IMG/VR virus record: IMGVR_UViG_3300050331_000104
Span: 1 to 42,199 of that record
DNA: 42,199 nt
Reading direction: 5' to 3' (one strand)
Source of the DNA: a virus
Taxonomy: Duplodnaviria > Caudoviricetes
Shown: in pieces, positions 19,901 to 28,344 of the stretch
Layout of the letters: the number at the start of each line of letters is the position of its first letter
Position numbering within the stretch: position 1 is the stretch's first letter
Position numbers and translations under genes: made by a program
Notes under the pieces: model-generated
Seen by the model: only the letters and a program-made list of their open reading frames with translations
Database searches by the model: none
Told to the model about the DNA's origin: nothing

Positions 19901-20990
19901 GCCCGATCATTTCCCGGGCCTGGCCGCTGAATCCCATCGCCGACTGCACATCCATGTATACATCGTCGGCATCTTCACCGGCTTTGATCCGTTCGTAAGC
20001 AGAGATCAGCGCGTCTAATCCTATCTCCTCGGGTGTCATATACTGGGTCGTTCCCAAGTTGGGGAGTACTTGTTGTCCCCCAAATCCTGCAGGGGTAACG
20101 TCATACGTCAGGTGTGCAGCCTTCCATGCTGCCGGCAGGTTATTGATAAAGTCGGTTGCTGCGTTATCTATTCCCCAGACTCCTTTTCCTGCCGCGGCTG
20201 CGTTCAGAACTTTACCAGCGCCAATGTTGAATGTTCCCAGTGCCCGCTCCAACAACTCCGCCGGGTAATCCAGGACCATCAATGCATCCGAGAGCTTGGG
20301 ATATTTCGCTGCCAGTCCGCCCAGTGCCCCGCCTAAGAGTCCGCCCGAGATAGCGCCAACCACCCCGCCTTCCAGTCCGCCCATGATGGCCCCGGTTGCA
20401 CCGCCGGCTGCTTTGGGCGAGCTGAAGATTGAGATGGCTGCCTTCTGCCACAGGGGTAGATCATCCGGCATATTCTCGGGTCCAACGGTCGCCGCGGTTT
20501 GCTCAGTAATGGGGGTAGTATCAGCCGGCTTTGCTTTGAATCGCTGTTCGTTCGGCCACAGGAAATCATCGGGGGGAGCTGCAATCTGTCCCAGCGGTTC
20601 CAACGCCAGGTCATCGTTGGGTAGGTAGTTCCATTCCCACCACGGCGTGTTGTTGTGCCTGGCCTTCATGTACTCATACGCCCCGTTCACCGCGTCACGA
20701 TCTACCCAATCGGGCAGTTGCCCGCCTTCAGGAACCGAATCAATGACGTGCTTATACCGTGCCACGCGTCGGGGGTTCTGCCAGTACGTCGGGGCGTAGT
20801 TGAGCTTGTATTCCCGCTGCTGCCATTCTTCGAGTGCTCGATCTGCGCCCACCTGTTTGGCGCGTTGATACCCAGAGACAGCAAATCGACCCCGATCACG
20901 CGTGGCATTCGGGGGTAGCTTGGGATACTTGGGCTGGCTGGGAGGTTGGTTGGTCATAGAGGTAGTCTCATCGAACCTCTTCTTCAGCAA
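13980..20990 (-). CDS. Giant internal virion / DNA-ejection-type protein (~2,330 aa)
   Basis: Long helical ORF between the portal and scaffold genes with Gly-rich hydrophobic segments. The start could be TTG 20990 or ATG 20957. Confidence 0.6.
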   Translation of the reverse strand: MLKKRFDETTSMTNQPPSQPKYPKLPPNATRDRGRFAVSGYQRAKQVGADRALEEWQQREYKLNYAPTYWQNPRRVARYKHVIDSVPEGGQLPDWVDRDAVNGAYEYMKARHNNTPWWEWNYLPNDDLALEPLGQIAAPPDDFLWPNEQRFKAKPADTTPITEQTAATVGPENMPDDLPLWQKAAISIFSSPKAAGGATGAIMGGLEGGVVGAISGGLLGGALGGLAAKYPKLSDALMVLDYPAELLERALGTFNIGAGKVLNAAAAGKGVWGIDNAATDFINNLPAAWKAAHLTYDVTPAGFGGQQVLPNLGTTQYMTPEEIGLDALISAYERIKAGEDADDVYMDVQSAMGFSGQAREMIGHIFADPLNYTPLILARGVVAPLAKIGGNDLLRIAAESSRGLTDTASMYGKLLRTQVPVEELSKMGAVSKWLGGLTQGGEVKGLNPPKPGRFNRLGGAAAGGIPGGILGFGLGGPVGAVLGAVGGGAYGAKLGWSYIGSLTPAARAAELVNNSALNLNIILDSAKGSPEEMVRFVHALGNTPHMLARELSMKFIDAPEGAALSPALKDFSNISDNMLTAWTATRNQRDILSNIAKVTGKSVDDLLIELSNTKDAKILLQQYVNQARTLGGDAAKEIVRAFDAQELTPAKLQEIGKVFVKDGLPHNEDVFRAQLYAASTEHMARWAADWHDVKPDPAFIRLGHTVKAAQSLALLGLNPTYFVNNAVNNIVTMASVGVFGLRPQATIDAIWARVGVVPERLRAGVGAAGGGEAVNLKPIREAATAPGVLSKVDDLASKASDKVGIFSKMSGDVEKWSSAQAYTSGFLQAWGRLWKPGTGFERMPTQLEAALNNIDPGLSGLVYDAIKGGLNQGEVEAKLWSGVTRRSVDAFIPDVAAKFGLSEADAADMLRTGGAYDFLADRLKGDPTDAQINKAFSDLYEHVQKSFDEAAKTELENEAGKAAERVKGEGFQAALDIYDKVELEEATRHLQGFDNWEAAFAEAETMTPGQRGAYYREVKARETAEWERFWLNKQAKYDGISKALGIDTVATKTFVDLIGKNADNYKRFYKDKWSILDKFFNTQYKNAAERKAAWNGAQEDIGRLFKDTSNQEIQIQTQMDDIFVGLFEAQFGPGSSAGAAEWRRGSRAVREDMIREITAFQDSIKDLGAEDRRAAWTQFLNDDYRRMIVERMKANVEGVRKLVGGEGPAAPETQAQARPIRKDVTLTTEQRAATVRSIAVRFEIATAKADGSPSKGADKHILAIAKKYGGPEAKEYKTILDVDPVVARKAFERRKAEKATEAGIPLGEFDSIALPDFKEAPRAELEVSPIGKLISDDIETAAKYFLDILNSTGPERQAPMGKAIDASGIDPRTLEETFEGGTSNQQWYLDLLKEGHKRETIKNAFKRIINKKDTYLKGKDATLYRIKELIIDALKGDFPTESPASIPYLLHAGYDDEAVRVFRHWLDEGVDPTKTGLPEDVLSKLFDRIDEVARMDEELLPPGAIDPDAVPPAVDLPLGSVDQYDTAIPQAAAQAELWDETIWPMLQSIETRMLGPDGKTGTSVQGAELDLNTERALREYMAMVQGQMADTKLASIRWGESRRDAALLNYTRRYGADNLAGAIFPYQFWYTRSVMNWAVRAIDKPGWFANYARMREAQRNINQAPGFPTRLADKMRIPVPFLPAWAGGGVYIDPLHQVFPFEMFAQPWEQYTEQKSQLTKRAQYILQDWVGQDQISEAEASQALSTQSGAVWEKAVTQAQIELKDETSNPWDFITLMSAPNLPISIAVNLMRGKKENISQLPVTRMIQSATAGITPGGINIEGGIRKAVGLPERGEFWDFYLDRQLANMAATGEISTEEATRAMVERSGPAFEAATDQVGKVQATRFFGSALWLDFFPEGEQIQRDLQAEFSKAIDSGDSKAVATFFEEHPEYRARLLMSDWNNPEERTKNFLVSEVWNAWRNLPDLYKREAQDQLGDLFQQAFLDKETRSYDAIDNDTLAYWSQVMGGYVPEVEGGSKVISGGLQFSPAQTAESYQVYQDTREKEYPGISALQEFYFVLPEAQQQVFMDNNPQLQKYWDWRDTYLAKNPEVIPHVIGEDSKVKYASPEVQQRYYQYKADKAQMFPDVYSAQDEYFDLPKNKRKAYLTQHPELKAYWDWQRAYLTNNPDMIPYIKSTEQIAEAMGYGTQSNYTQSGGGSVSYTGYTSKPKSGPSVTYANGKITFAGRVDAKGKAKLKEYGFEYVGGTWTGPDSAAARSAVGSVRKNAAGAEELAKVNVKEFTPALTRKLLGYYYGKDELGVGARRNLRMTWEQAGSPGENFNDYVERILKLALAET

Positions 20991-21171
20991 TGTCTATGGT
21001 ATTCTGCATATCTTCAGGCCAAGTCAATGCTTCTGCTTCTGCCTTCTCTAGTGTGCTGTGCACAGACACTAAGCCTCTATCGCTGTATTCCCCAGAAAAC
21101 AAGCAATACACATAGGTCTTTCCTTCTTCTTTCTCTTGCTCATCTATAAGAAACACATGGTATCTTGGCAT
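20968..21171 (-). CDS. Small acidic hypothetical protein
   Basis: 67 aa; AAGGTGAG RBS; fills the gap between operon genes. Confidence 0.5.
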   Translation of the reverse strand: MPRYHVFLIDEQEKEEGKTYVYCLFSGEYSDRGLVSVHSTLEKAEAEALTWPEDMQNTIDIAEEEVR

Positions 21172-21182
21172 AACTCACCTTC

Positions 21183-21815
21183 CTACACTTTCCAGTTCAC
21201 CATCTGCTGCAACCATCCGGGAATGTAGTCCGCATTCGTCCGCGCCCCATACCCTGGATAAGACGATCCGCCCCGACCTCCACCGCCTCCGCCATATCCA
21301 CCACCGCCGAAGCGATTACCCAGACCGCCCGATCCACCTGTCCCGGCTCCTGCTACTCCGCCACCTGGGTTGGGATTGAGATCACCGTACCACCACGGCA
21401 TTGGAATGAATCCTTCCGGGTTGTAGCCATTGAATCTACCAATCGCTGGCCGGCGATCTTTCCGGGGATCATCGTCCCTGCCGAACTGGTATGTCGGCGC
21501 AGGCGTATATGGATTCTCCCGTACCTGGCCAGTGGGAGTATACGCAACTCGCCGGTCTGCGCGTGGATCCCCATCCTGGAATCGATCCCGGGTTGGCATA
21601 GTCAAGGCTTTCTGTCCGCTGCTCGGCATGGTGTTCTGCCGCTGGTATCTCACAGGCAGGCTCTTCTGATACCCATACGTCCCAGCATTGACCCCGCTGG
21701 TGTCGTTGAGCTGCTGTAGGAATTTACTCAGCCGGTCCCACAGGCTCGGTGCTTTGGGTTCGCTGGCTGTCTTGGGCTTCCGATCTGCCCCGGTTGGACT
21801 GTAACTCACTGGCAT
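21183..21815 (-). CDS. Gly/Pro-rich low-complexity protein (possible ejection protein)
   Basis: 210 aa, disordered, GGAGGTGA RBS; internal repeat RFQDGDPRADRR / FGRDDDPRKDRR. Confidence 0.55.
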   Translation of the reverse strand: MPVSYSPTGADRKPKTASEPKAPSLWDRLSKFLQQLNDTSGVNAGTYGYQKSLPVRYQRQNTMPSSGQKALTMPTRDRFQDGDPRADRRVAYTPTGQVRENPYTPAPTYQFGRDDDPRKDRRPAIGRFNGYNPEGFIPMPWWYGDLNPNPGGGVAGAGTGGSGGLGNRFGGGGYGGGGGGRGGSSYPGYGARTNADYIPGWLQQMVNWKV

Positions 21816-22036
21816 TATTCACCTCCTGAATAAGATTTCATCAGAGCATCATACGCTTCTGGGTTCATGGCTTGGAGTTGTGCTTTGACTTCGTCCGGTA
21901 GTGTGCTCAGTAATAAGCCGAGCTGCATCTCTGCCACCGGCCGGTACCACTCCTTGATGAAGTCCTGCATCCACTCTTTGATCAATGCTTCGGCGTTGAG
22001 CCAGGCTTCTTCTGCGTGCCCGATGTTGGTGCTCAC
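21815..22036 (-). CDS. Hypothetical phage protein
   Basis: 73 aa ORF overlapping both neighbours. Confidence 0.55.
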   Translation of the reverse strand: MSTNIGHAEEAWLNAEALIKEWMQDFIKEWYRPVAEMQLGLLLSTLPDEVKAQLQAMNPEAYDALMKSYSGGE

Positions 22037-23088
22037 GGAATGGGCCTCGTGTACCAGCTTGCAATCCAGATTGACTTGCCGACCTGATACCAGGGACGAC
22101 CCATGTCATCTACACCCTGACCCTGCACATCAAAGCGGGCACCGTCCCAGGTAAACCCGATCACATCTCCAAAGATTTCACGGCGCATCTTCAGGTTCTC
22201 GCCTTCGTCCAGGCCAGTGACTTCAACCTGCGCCGGGATCTCTACTGGAGGATCAACAGGTGGAGCGGGAGGTTCTGGCTCAACATATCCACCACCGATT
22301 GCATCCAGCCAGTCCATTCGATCATGATTGAGAATCCAATCCATCGACCAGAAGCCGCAACCGGGCAGGCTGTAATCATTCACCGCTGCCATGAACTCAA
22401 CAAAGTCAGCGACCGTTGGCTCCCAGGAACCTGCTCCGTATGCTGCGCCAATCGGGATCAGTGGGCGAATACCACTGTCAACCTCATCATACTCAGCAAT
22501 GCAGCGATCCAATTGTGCAGCCGGGTTGTGGTTGCCGACCCAATACATCTGGGGTGCAATCAAGTTGCTCGATTCATGGTTCACGAATTGATTGAACGGG
22601 AACTCTCGATGCAGTGTCGGGAAACGATAGGACGATAACCCAACTGGTTGCCGGAGTGTCACCCCTGCACCACGTAGCTGGTTCATGTAAGTATTGGCAG
22701 AGCGTACCCGGTCGGGGGATGTCTTCCACAATGCGCCCTCGGATGTCACCTGTTCAGCATCAATCAATAGGTGATCCAAGTGCAGCTTCTGATACCGCTC
22801 GCCGGCCACACCAGCCTGTGCACCAGGATTCATGGTTGGCAGCGGGTAGATAAAATGCCAGCCACCCACAGAGATCCCGGCTTCTCTCAGCTCGGCGATA
22901 ACCTGGAGTAGGAACGCATCATTACCACACCACTTGCCATCTTCCCGAATCTGGTTGTACTTGTAGGTGCCATCAGCAACTTTGATGCTTACCCAGGTCG
23001 CATTGGCGCGGCGCAGGGCTGCAATCAACCGGCTCACGGGTAAGCAGTCTGCCAGTTTCCAAATATAAAAGCCTGTTCCAGTAATCAC
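22033..23088 (-). CDS. Putative lysin: glycoside hydrolase-like TIM barrel, Pro-rich linker, SH3b-like C-terminal domain
   Basis: WV.IKVADG, V.GWH..Y, IDAE, PQMYW and G..FWS motifs; EPEPPAPPVDPP linker. GTG at 23088 has a GAGGAGG RBS (the track extends the ORF to 23184). Confidence 0.65.
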   Translation of the reverse strand: MITGTGFYIWKLADCLPVSRLIAALRRANATWVSIKVADGTYKYNQIREDGKWCGNDAFLLQVIAELREAGISVGGWHFIYPLPTMNPGAQAGVAGERYQKLHLDHLLIDAEQVTSEGALWKTSPDRVRSANTYMNQLRGAGVTLRQPVGLSSYRFPTLHREFPFNQFVNHESSNLIAPQMYWVGNHNPAAQLDRCIAEYDEVDSGIRPLIPIGAAYGAGSWEPTVADFVEFMAAVNDYSLPGCGFWSMDWILNHDRMDWLDAIGGGYVEPEPPAPPVDPPVEIPAQVEVTGLDEGENLKMRREIFGDVIGFTWDGARFDVQGQGVDDMGRPWYQVGKSIWIASWYTRPIP

Positions 23089-23296
23089 ATTTGCCTCCTC
23101 GCTATCGATCCAATCAATTTGAGTACAGTTGTAAGGATTAACCTTATATTCAATTCCGGGTGTATATGTTTCTATTGACATCAATCACCACCGCTTGCTC
23201 AGTAATGTGTTAATATGGCAAGTCGTTATTTACACTTTCGTACATTTCGTGTGCAGTTAGTAGGTGTTTTCTAATACTTCGTGCACACAAACTAAA

Positions 23297-23524
23297 CTAC
23301 TCACTCGCCGGGATCCGCCACCACAGCCGGCTCTTGCTGTCCTTCAGCCGTTCAATCTTGCCCATGTCATACAGCCGCTCTAACCTGGCTGCCGTGGTGG
23401 ACACACTCTCTCCGGCTTCGTCCGCCACTTCTCGGGTAGTCACCCACCCTTGAGCGTGGTAGTCTACTTGCTGCAATAGCACGGCAATCTCACCGGCCAT
23501 CTTCTTACGATCAATCTCAAACAT
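23297..23524 (-). CDS. Small winged helix-turn-helix protein
   Basis: GWVTTREVADEAGESVSTTAARLERLYDMGKIER; ATG at 23524 with GGGAG RBS. Confidence 0.7.
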   Translation of the reverse strand: MFEIDRKKMAGEIAVLLQQVDYHAQGWVTTREVADEAGESVSTTAARLERLYDMGKIERLKDSKSRLWWRIPASE

Positions 23525-24398
23525 CGATGTACTCCCTTGTGCGCAGGTCTTGCACATGGATATACTCATGCACGTCCCGCAGTTTATTGCTTTCAATCTC
23601 CAGGGCAACCATCCCGTTTGCAATCGCCGGCGCCGATCTCGTTACCTGGAACCCGTACTCCCCGCCGATCTTCATGCTTGGCACCACCACCAGGGTTGAC
23701 CAGTAACCATCCACCCGCAGCTTCTCAATGATCGGCACATGCACATGACCCCGGATGTAAACGTCAGCCGGCTTTCCATACTCAGCAATATCGTTCATCA
23801 TGCAATCCCGCAGGTAGTACCGGGCTTCGTTACCTTCCAACCATTTGCGCCTGCCCTTGCCAGGTCCGTGATGCGAGTAATCAATATTGATCCCACCCAC
23901 ACTCATCCAGCCGTGTTGCGTTGATTGGATATCCAGGTCAGGGTATGCGATCTTCAGCATCTGGACCAGGATGGCCGTGGCAGATGCGAACCCTAGCTCG
24001 TGCGCTCCGGTACCCTTGACAATCCTCAGCGCCTTCAAGTTAGACATCCGGCAGAGGGGGAGCAGGTTGTCAAATGCGATCTTGATCTGCGCCGATAGCT
24101 CCGGCCTGACCAGTTCACTCGGATGCTTGTCACCTTCCACGTTGTCACCGACATGAAGTACAACCAGCGGATCTTGTGCAGCCAGTGTTACGATCTCACC
24201 CAGGGCGCCGGTGTAGATGTTCCAGAGATACTTCTGGATCTCAGTCATCTCCGGCTGGTAGTTGTATCGGTTGCCCAGCTCATCTTCCAACTCGATCACC
24301 GTCTCTGGATTCATGAGTGCGCCAGTGTGCCCGCCGTGTGTGTCAGAGATGATGGGTACGATCACACGGTCAGAGGCGGGTTGGTTTTGATTTGTCAT
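23517..24398 (-). CDS. Calcineurin-like metallophosphoesterase
   Basis: ISDTH, GDNVEG, GTGAH, SHH and RGHVH metal-binding motifs. Confidence 0.85.
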   Translation of the reverse strand: MTNQNQPASDRVIVPIISDTHGGHTGALMNPETVIELEDELGNRYNYQPEMTEIQKYLWNIYTGALGEIVTLAAQDPLVVLHVGDNVEGDKHPSELVRPELSAQIKIAFDNLLPLCRMSNLKALRIVKGTGAHELGFASATAILVQMLKIAYPDLDIQSTQHGWMSVGGINIDYSHHGPGKGRRKWLEGNEARYYLRDCMMNDIAEYGKPADVYIRGHVHVPIIEKLRVDGYWSTLVVVPSMKIGGEYGFQVTRSAPAIANGMVALEIESNKLRDVHEYIHVQDLRTREYIDV

Positions 24399-24407
24399 TG
24401 TAAGGTT

Positions 24408-26159
24408 CTATACCATCGGTCCTTGGTCTGGTCCTTGCGCTCCTGCTGCCATCATTTCGGGCGGGAGTCCTTGCATCCCGGGTGTACCCATTGGCGATTC
24501 TATAGCCGGCGGCGATTGTCCCTGCAATGCCCCTATTTGCCCACCAGAAGGGCTAGAAGGCGTGTTCCCCATCATCTGGTTCATTCTACCCATCACGGCT
24601 GGTAATAGCTGCTGGTAGAATCCTTGCATCATCATCCTTGCAGCCTGCTCACTCCACACATTCATCTGCATTTCTTCCGGCTGCCCCTCACCCAGAACAT
24701 GTTCTCTCACCCAGCTCTTAGGCATCAGTGGATCATCCCCGGTGCTCAGTAAGTTGGCGATGTTGGCCTGCTGTAATTTATCCTGTGGCAATGAAACGTC
24801 CAGTACAGAGTCCAGGTCAAACCGTTCGGGAATCTGGTTGGCCTTCAGGTCGCCGAAGATGTGAGCGTAGTCATACCCGGTGCTCGGTTCTTTGCGGTAC
24901 CAGATCAGCGCCTTCTTCACTGCATCAGCGATTGCCCAGCCTGCTTTGCGTTGGGGGACAATAAGCGGTAATCTGCCGGCCTGGTGCAGTAGTGCTACCA
25001 TGGAGTAAGGTGCATTGCCGCTAAGTGGTTGCCCCAATGCTTGATCATAAATGGTGGATTGACTGGCCTTGTCTTCCGCCAGCTGCCAGGCTTGCATGAT
25101 GCTTGGATCAATCACTCCCTTGTTGGCTACCGGCGACCAGTCTGCTCCGTTGGGAATGATCACTTTCCCACCCGGCTTGGTGAAGTCGTACTCCGGTCCC
25201 TCGCCCTGTGCGTTCAGCTTCTCGATGAACATGGGATTGGCGCCAATACCAAAGATGTTGGTATACAGTACAGTCAGCGCCAGGTTCTCCCGCTCCCATA
25301 ATCCCGACTTCGCAAACGTATACAGGAATGGTTGCGCCTGGTACTCGGGCTCAGTAAAGAGTGAGCTGCCTTCTCCAATCTTGGCGGTAATGGGGATGAA
25401 TGGCAGGTTGTGTTCTTCCTGGACCAGCGGCCGGGTCTCTTGTCCCTTGACCCAGGTGTAGCGATACTTATAATCCCAGAAGTGGCACAGTGTCACCGGG
25501 GAATACCGCTTGCCGTCGGGGAATAGTTTCAATGCTGCATCGCCGAAGCTGTCCAGTACTGCGCCACTGGTGGTGACTACTTCCCGGAAGTATGCACTGA
25601 CCCCAAACCTGTCACGCTCCGGATATCCAGTCCGGGGATCCCACACGTCGAATACATACGGGGTAATGTGGGCAATCTCTTCTGCTCGGTATAATGCGGC
25701 GTCGTTCTTGGTTCCTTTGGCGTGCTCTACCAGGTCGGCGGTCTTGTCGATCCCGACGTGCATCTCGCCAAACAGCAGTGCAGACAAGACAACATCATAA
25801 TGCACCGGATCTCCACGTACTCTGCCGGCTGCGGTCCATAGTCGCTTGGCTGCCTGCTCAATCTTGCTGGAGTATTCCATGGCGTCTGAGCTGTTGGTTT
25901 CCTCGGGCATGCTAAACTCTGGATCGGTGGCAATCATCAACCGGGTTGCACCCAGCAGCTTGTCCCTGGCCGTGGAGCTCTTGGTGATCTTGATGTTGTC
26001 GTGCAGCTTCTTGACCCGCTCTTCATCCCGCCAGATCAGGAGATACATTTCCTCCATCAGGTCAAAGAATGAATTGCGTGTACTATACCTACCACGCAGA
26101 TCATTGCTGTGCTCGACAACTTGCTTGAATGCTGTCAGATCAAATTCTTCTTTCGCCAT
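24408..26159 (-). CDS. Portal protein
   Basis: 583 aa directly after the large terminase gene; H.LPFIP motif and a Gln/Pro/Met-rich C-terminal tail typical of podovirus-like portals. Confidence 0.8.
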   Translation of the reverse strand: MAKEEFDLTAFKQVVEHSNDLRGRYSTRNSFFDLMEEMYLLIWRDEERVKKLHDNIKITKSSTARDKLLGATRLMIATDPEFSMPEETNSSDAMEYSSKIEQAAKRLWTAAGRVRGDPVHYDVVLSALLFGEMHVGIDKTADLVEHAKGTKNDAALYRAEEIAHITPYVFDVWDPRTGYPERDRFGVSAYFREVVTTSGAVLDSFGDAALKLFPDGKRYSPVTLCHFWDYKYRYTWVKGQETRPLVQEEHNLPFIPITAKIGEGSSLFTEPEYQAQPFLYTFAKSGLWERENLALTVLYTNIFGIGANPMFIEKLNAQGEGPEYDFTKPGGKVIIPNGADWSPVANKGVIDPSIMQAWQLAEDKASQSTIYDQALGQPLSGNAPYSMVALLHQAGRLPLIVPQRKAGWAIADAVKKALIWYRKEPSTGYDYAHIFGDLKANQIPERFDLDSVLDVSLPQDKLQQANIANLLSTGDDPLMPKSWVREHVLGEGQPEEMQMNVWSEQAARMMMQGFYQQLLPAVMGRMNQMMGNTPSSPSGGQIGALQGQSPPAIESPMGTPGMQGLPPEMMAAGAQGPDQGPMV

Positions 26160-27586
26160 TACAGTCCTCTCATCCCTACAAGTGGGGATTGTCTGATGAT
26201 GATCTTCTGTGGATCATGTTTCGGTGGTTCGGGCAGCCGGGTGTTGGTCAGGCCATAGCGTAATGTGTCATAGGCGTGATCTTCCGCCTTGGTATTCACA
26301 TCCTCTGTCCGAGTTACATCGAACGGAAGCAGGGGTAATGTGCGGATCAGGTTGTAGCAATCCTTGAATATTTGCAAGCCTGGCAATCCATTTGAGTGAA
26401 CCGCGAGTACCTCATCCACCTTGCGTTTCCCGATCAGCCGGCTGTTGTTCGCTGGGGTAAGGATGATCCCCTTCTTCATGTAATCGTCCGCCGTAGTTGT
26501 CACCTGATTTTTAGCTTCCTTCTCGGTCCACATGCTGGGATCTGCGTAATGAATGGCAATGTTCTCACCTGGCAGTGTTAGATCCCGAATGCGCTCGGCC
26601 TGCTGGGTAGATGTGAGATAGGTTTCATACGCCTCACGGTACACAATCACCCGCTCAAGTTCAGGATCTTTGGCAAACCACAGTGTGCACCAGGGTGCTG
26701 AGTATCCGTAGTCCGTTGCTCGCCATCGTAACCAGTGCGGCGGGATGGGGAAGGGATCGATGACGTGAATTGATTCATCCCAGTTAGGGAATGCCATACC
26801 TTCAAATGCGTCCCAGTCCCCATCACGCCACGCTCTGGCCAGTGGTCCGGTCAGGTTCTCTAAATATCTGACGTACTCTGGGTTGGCGAGCGGGTTATCC
26901 CGGTAGTGACAGTTGAAGAACTTGGTCCATCGCTCAGTACGTGATTGCCACGGGGACACGAACCGCTGCTTGAACCAGGTCAGGCCAATGCCATCCGGGT
27001 TGGTGGTCAAATACTTGCGTGCTCTCCAGCCTGGCACACTCGTGCGTACACTGCCATAGATAGAGTCGATCTTTCTTTGACTTAGCTGGGTTGCTTCTTC
27101 CACCACCACGCCGTCATACTCAATCCCCAGGTACTTATCAATATCCGATTCGTTGTTGAATCCGCCAATGAGTATGCGTGATCCGGTGTCGGGGAAGTAC
27201 AGCCGGCCTTCCGAGGGGGTGAACTCATGACGCACATACCGGAAGACACGGTATACGATATCTTCCAGGCTCTCGCTTGCGCTCTTCATAATCTTTCGGA
27301 GAAACAAATACTTGAGACCAGGCACGCGTTGGCAATCATCCAGCCCAACCTGCGCCATGATCGAATGCGTCTTGCCGAAGTATCTTGTCCCACCCAGGGC
27401 GATCTCATCCGGTCCGTCTGATCGATCCGCAGCTCGTGCAGCAGCATGAAAGGGGAGGATCTTGGGGAATGCGTAGTAACCAGCGGTCATGAAGTTGGCG
27501 ACCTGGTCCCGGGGACAGCCGGCATCTTTGGCTTCTATTGCATAACGCTCGTGGCGTTCGTCAACTTTGATCGTTGTCTTTGCCAT
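26159..27586 (-). CDS. terL: Terminase large subunit
   Basis: Walker A-like GGTRYFGKT, Walker B VVVEEA, TTNP, DNP, GDWD; nuclease motifs DYGY..P, ADP and EDHAYDTLRY. Confidence 0.93.
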   Translation of the reverse strand: MAKTTIKVDERHERYAIEAKDAGCPRDQVANFMTAGYYAFPKILPFHAAARAADRSDGPDEIALGGTRYFGKTHSIMAQVGLDDCQRVPGLKYLFLRKIMKSASESLEDIVYRVFRYVRHEFTPSEGRLYFPDTGSRILIGGFNNESDIDKYLGIEYDGVVVEEATQLSQRKIDSIYGSVRTSVPGWRARKYLTTNPDGIGLTWFKQRFVSPWQSRTERWTKFFNCHYRDNPLANPEYVRYLENLTGPLARAWRDGDWDAFEGMAFPNWDESIHVIDPFPIPPHWLRWRATDYGYSAPWCTLWFAKDPELERVIVYREAYETYLTSTQQAERIRDLTLPGENIAIHYADPSMWTEKEAKNQVTTTADDYMKKGIILTPANNSRLIGKRKVDEVLAVHSNGLPGLQIFKDCYNLIRTLPLLPFDVTRTEDVNTKAEDHAYDTLRYGLTNTRLPEPPKHDPQKIIIRQSPLVGMRGL

Positions 27587-28037
27587 AGATCCTGTCCAGT
27601 AGATTCTCCAACCCTTCGATCCTGATCACCCCATCGAATGCAGTCTGCTCAGTAAATAGTTTGTAGTGCTTGCCGACGTGGACCAGTGCGCTTTGGGCAT
27701 CATAGAATTCCACCATCTTTCTGCCTTGCCGGTCGTACTTGATCCCCTTCACCAGGTGCATCTTGCCGGCTGCTCGCATGGCGGCCAGATCTATCTCGCC
27801 ATCGTCGTTGATGAACTCTGAGTACTCAGCTTTGGCCTGTTCACTCAGCCGGTCGATCACTTGCTCGGGAGTAATGGCACGCGATCTGAGAGATGCTTCA
27901 ATGAGTTCAGCATTCTTCTGCTTCAATGCCGGCCCAGTTTTATTCGGCCATTTGTAGCCAGCAATCTCAGCAGCTTTGGTTGCATTGAAACATTTCAGAT
28001 ATTCAGCAATCCACACGCGCTCTTTTACACCTGGCAT
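27561..28037 (-). CDS. terS: Terminase small subunit
   Basis: EYL..FNAT.AA..AGY N-terminal HTH and D...AL..VGKH..LF C-terminal motif. Confidence 0.88.
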   Translation of the reverse strand: MPGVKERVWIAEYLKCFNATKAAEIAGYKWPNKTGPALKQKNAELIEASLRSRAITPEQVIDRLSEQAKAEYSEFINDDGEIDLAAMRAAGKMHLVKGIKYDRQGRKMVEFYDAQSALVHVGKHYKLFTEQTAFDGVIRIEGLENLLDRIYGKDNDQS

Positions 28038-28053
28038 TACCTATGTTTACCTA

Positions 28054-28344
28054 TCATTTGACAACTATTTGCAGATTCCCGCTCAGTATTGCAAGCACAA
28101 TTGAACCGGCAATCAAAGCTGTTGCCCAAGCAATCACCTGGAGATGGGGTTTATATTTTTCCAAGAACTTGAGCCGGTCGTTGATCCCGCCATCCCCTTC
28201 GATCACCTCGAATAGTTGCTTCATCGCCATCAGGATCAGCCTGTCTTTCGTGGCTGCTGAGATGTTACCGTTCCCATCCAGGACACGTTGTATCTCATCG
28301 ACAATGGATGATCGGTCTATGCTGCTTGTCATTGTGGCGTTCAT
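28054..28344 (-). CDS. Hypothetical protein with a C-terminal transmembrane helix (lysis-associated?)
   Basis: 96 aa; G...RL..LE followed by a hydrophobic helix; overlaps the holin gene stop. Confidence 0.5.
   Translation of the reverse strand: MNATMTSSIDRSSIVDEIQRVLDGNGNISAATKDRLILMAMKQLFEVIEGDGGINDRLKFLEKYKPHLQVIAWATALIAGSIVLAILSGNLQIVVK

Noticed and set aside
13980-20990. Tape-measure protein or virion RNA polymerase
   Set aside because: It lies upstream of the scaffold and capsid genes, no tail-tube or chaperone genes are evident, and I could not find polymerase catalytic motifs.
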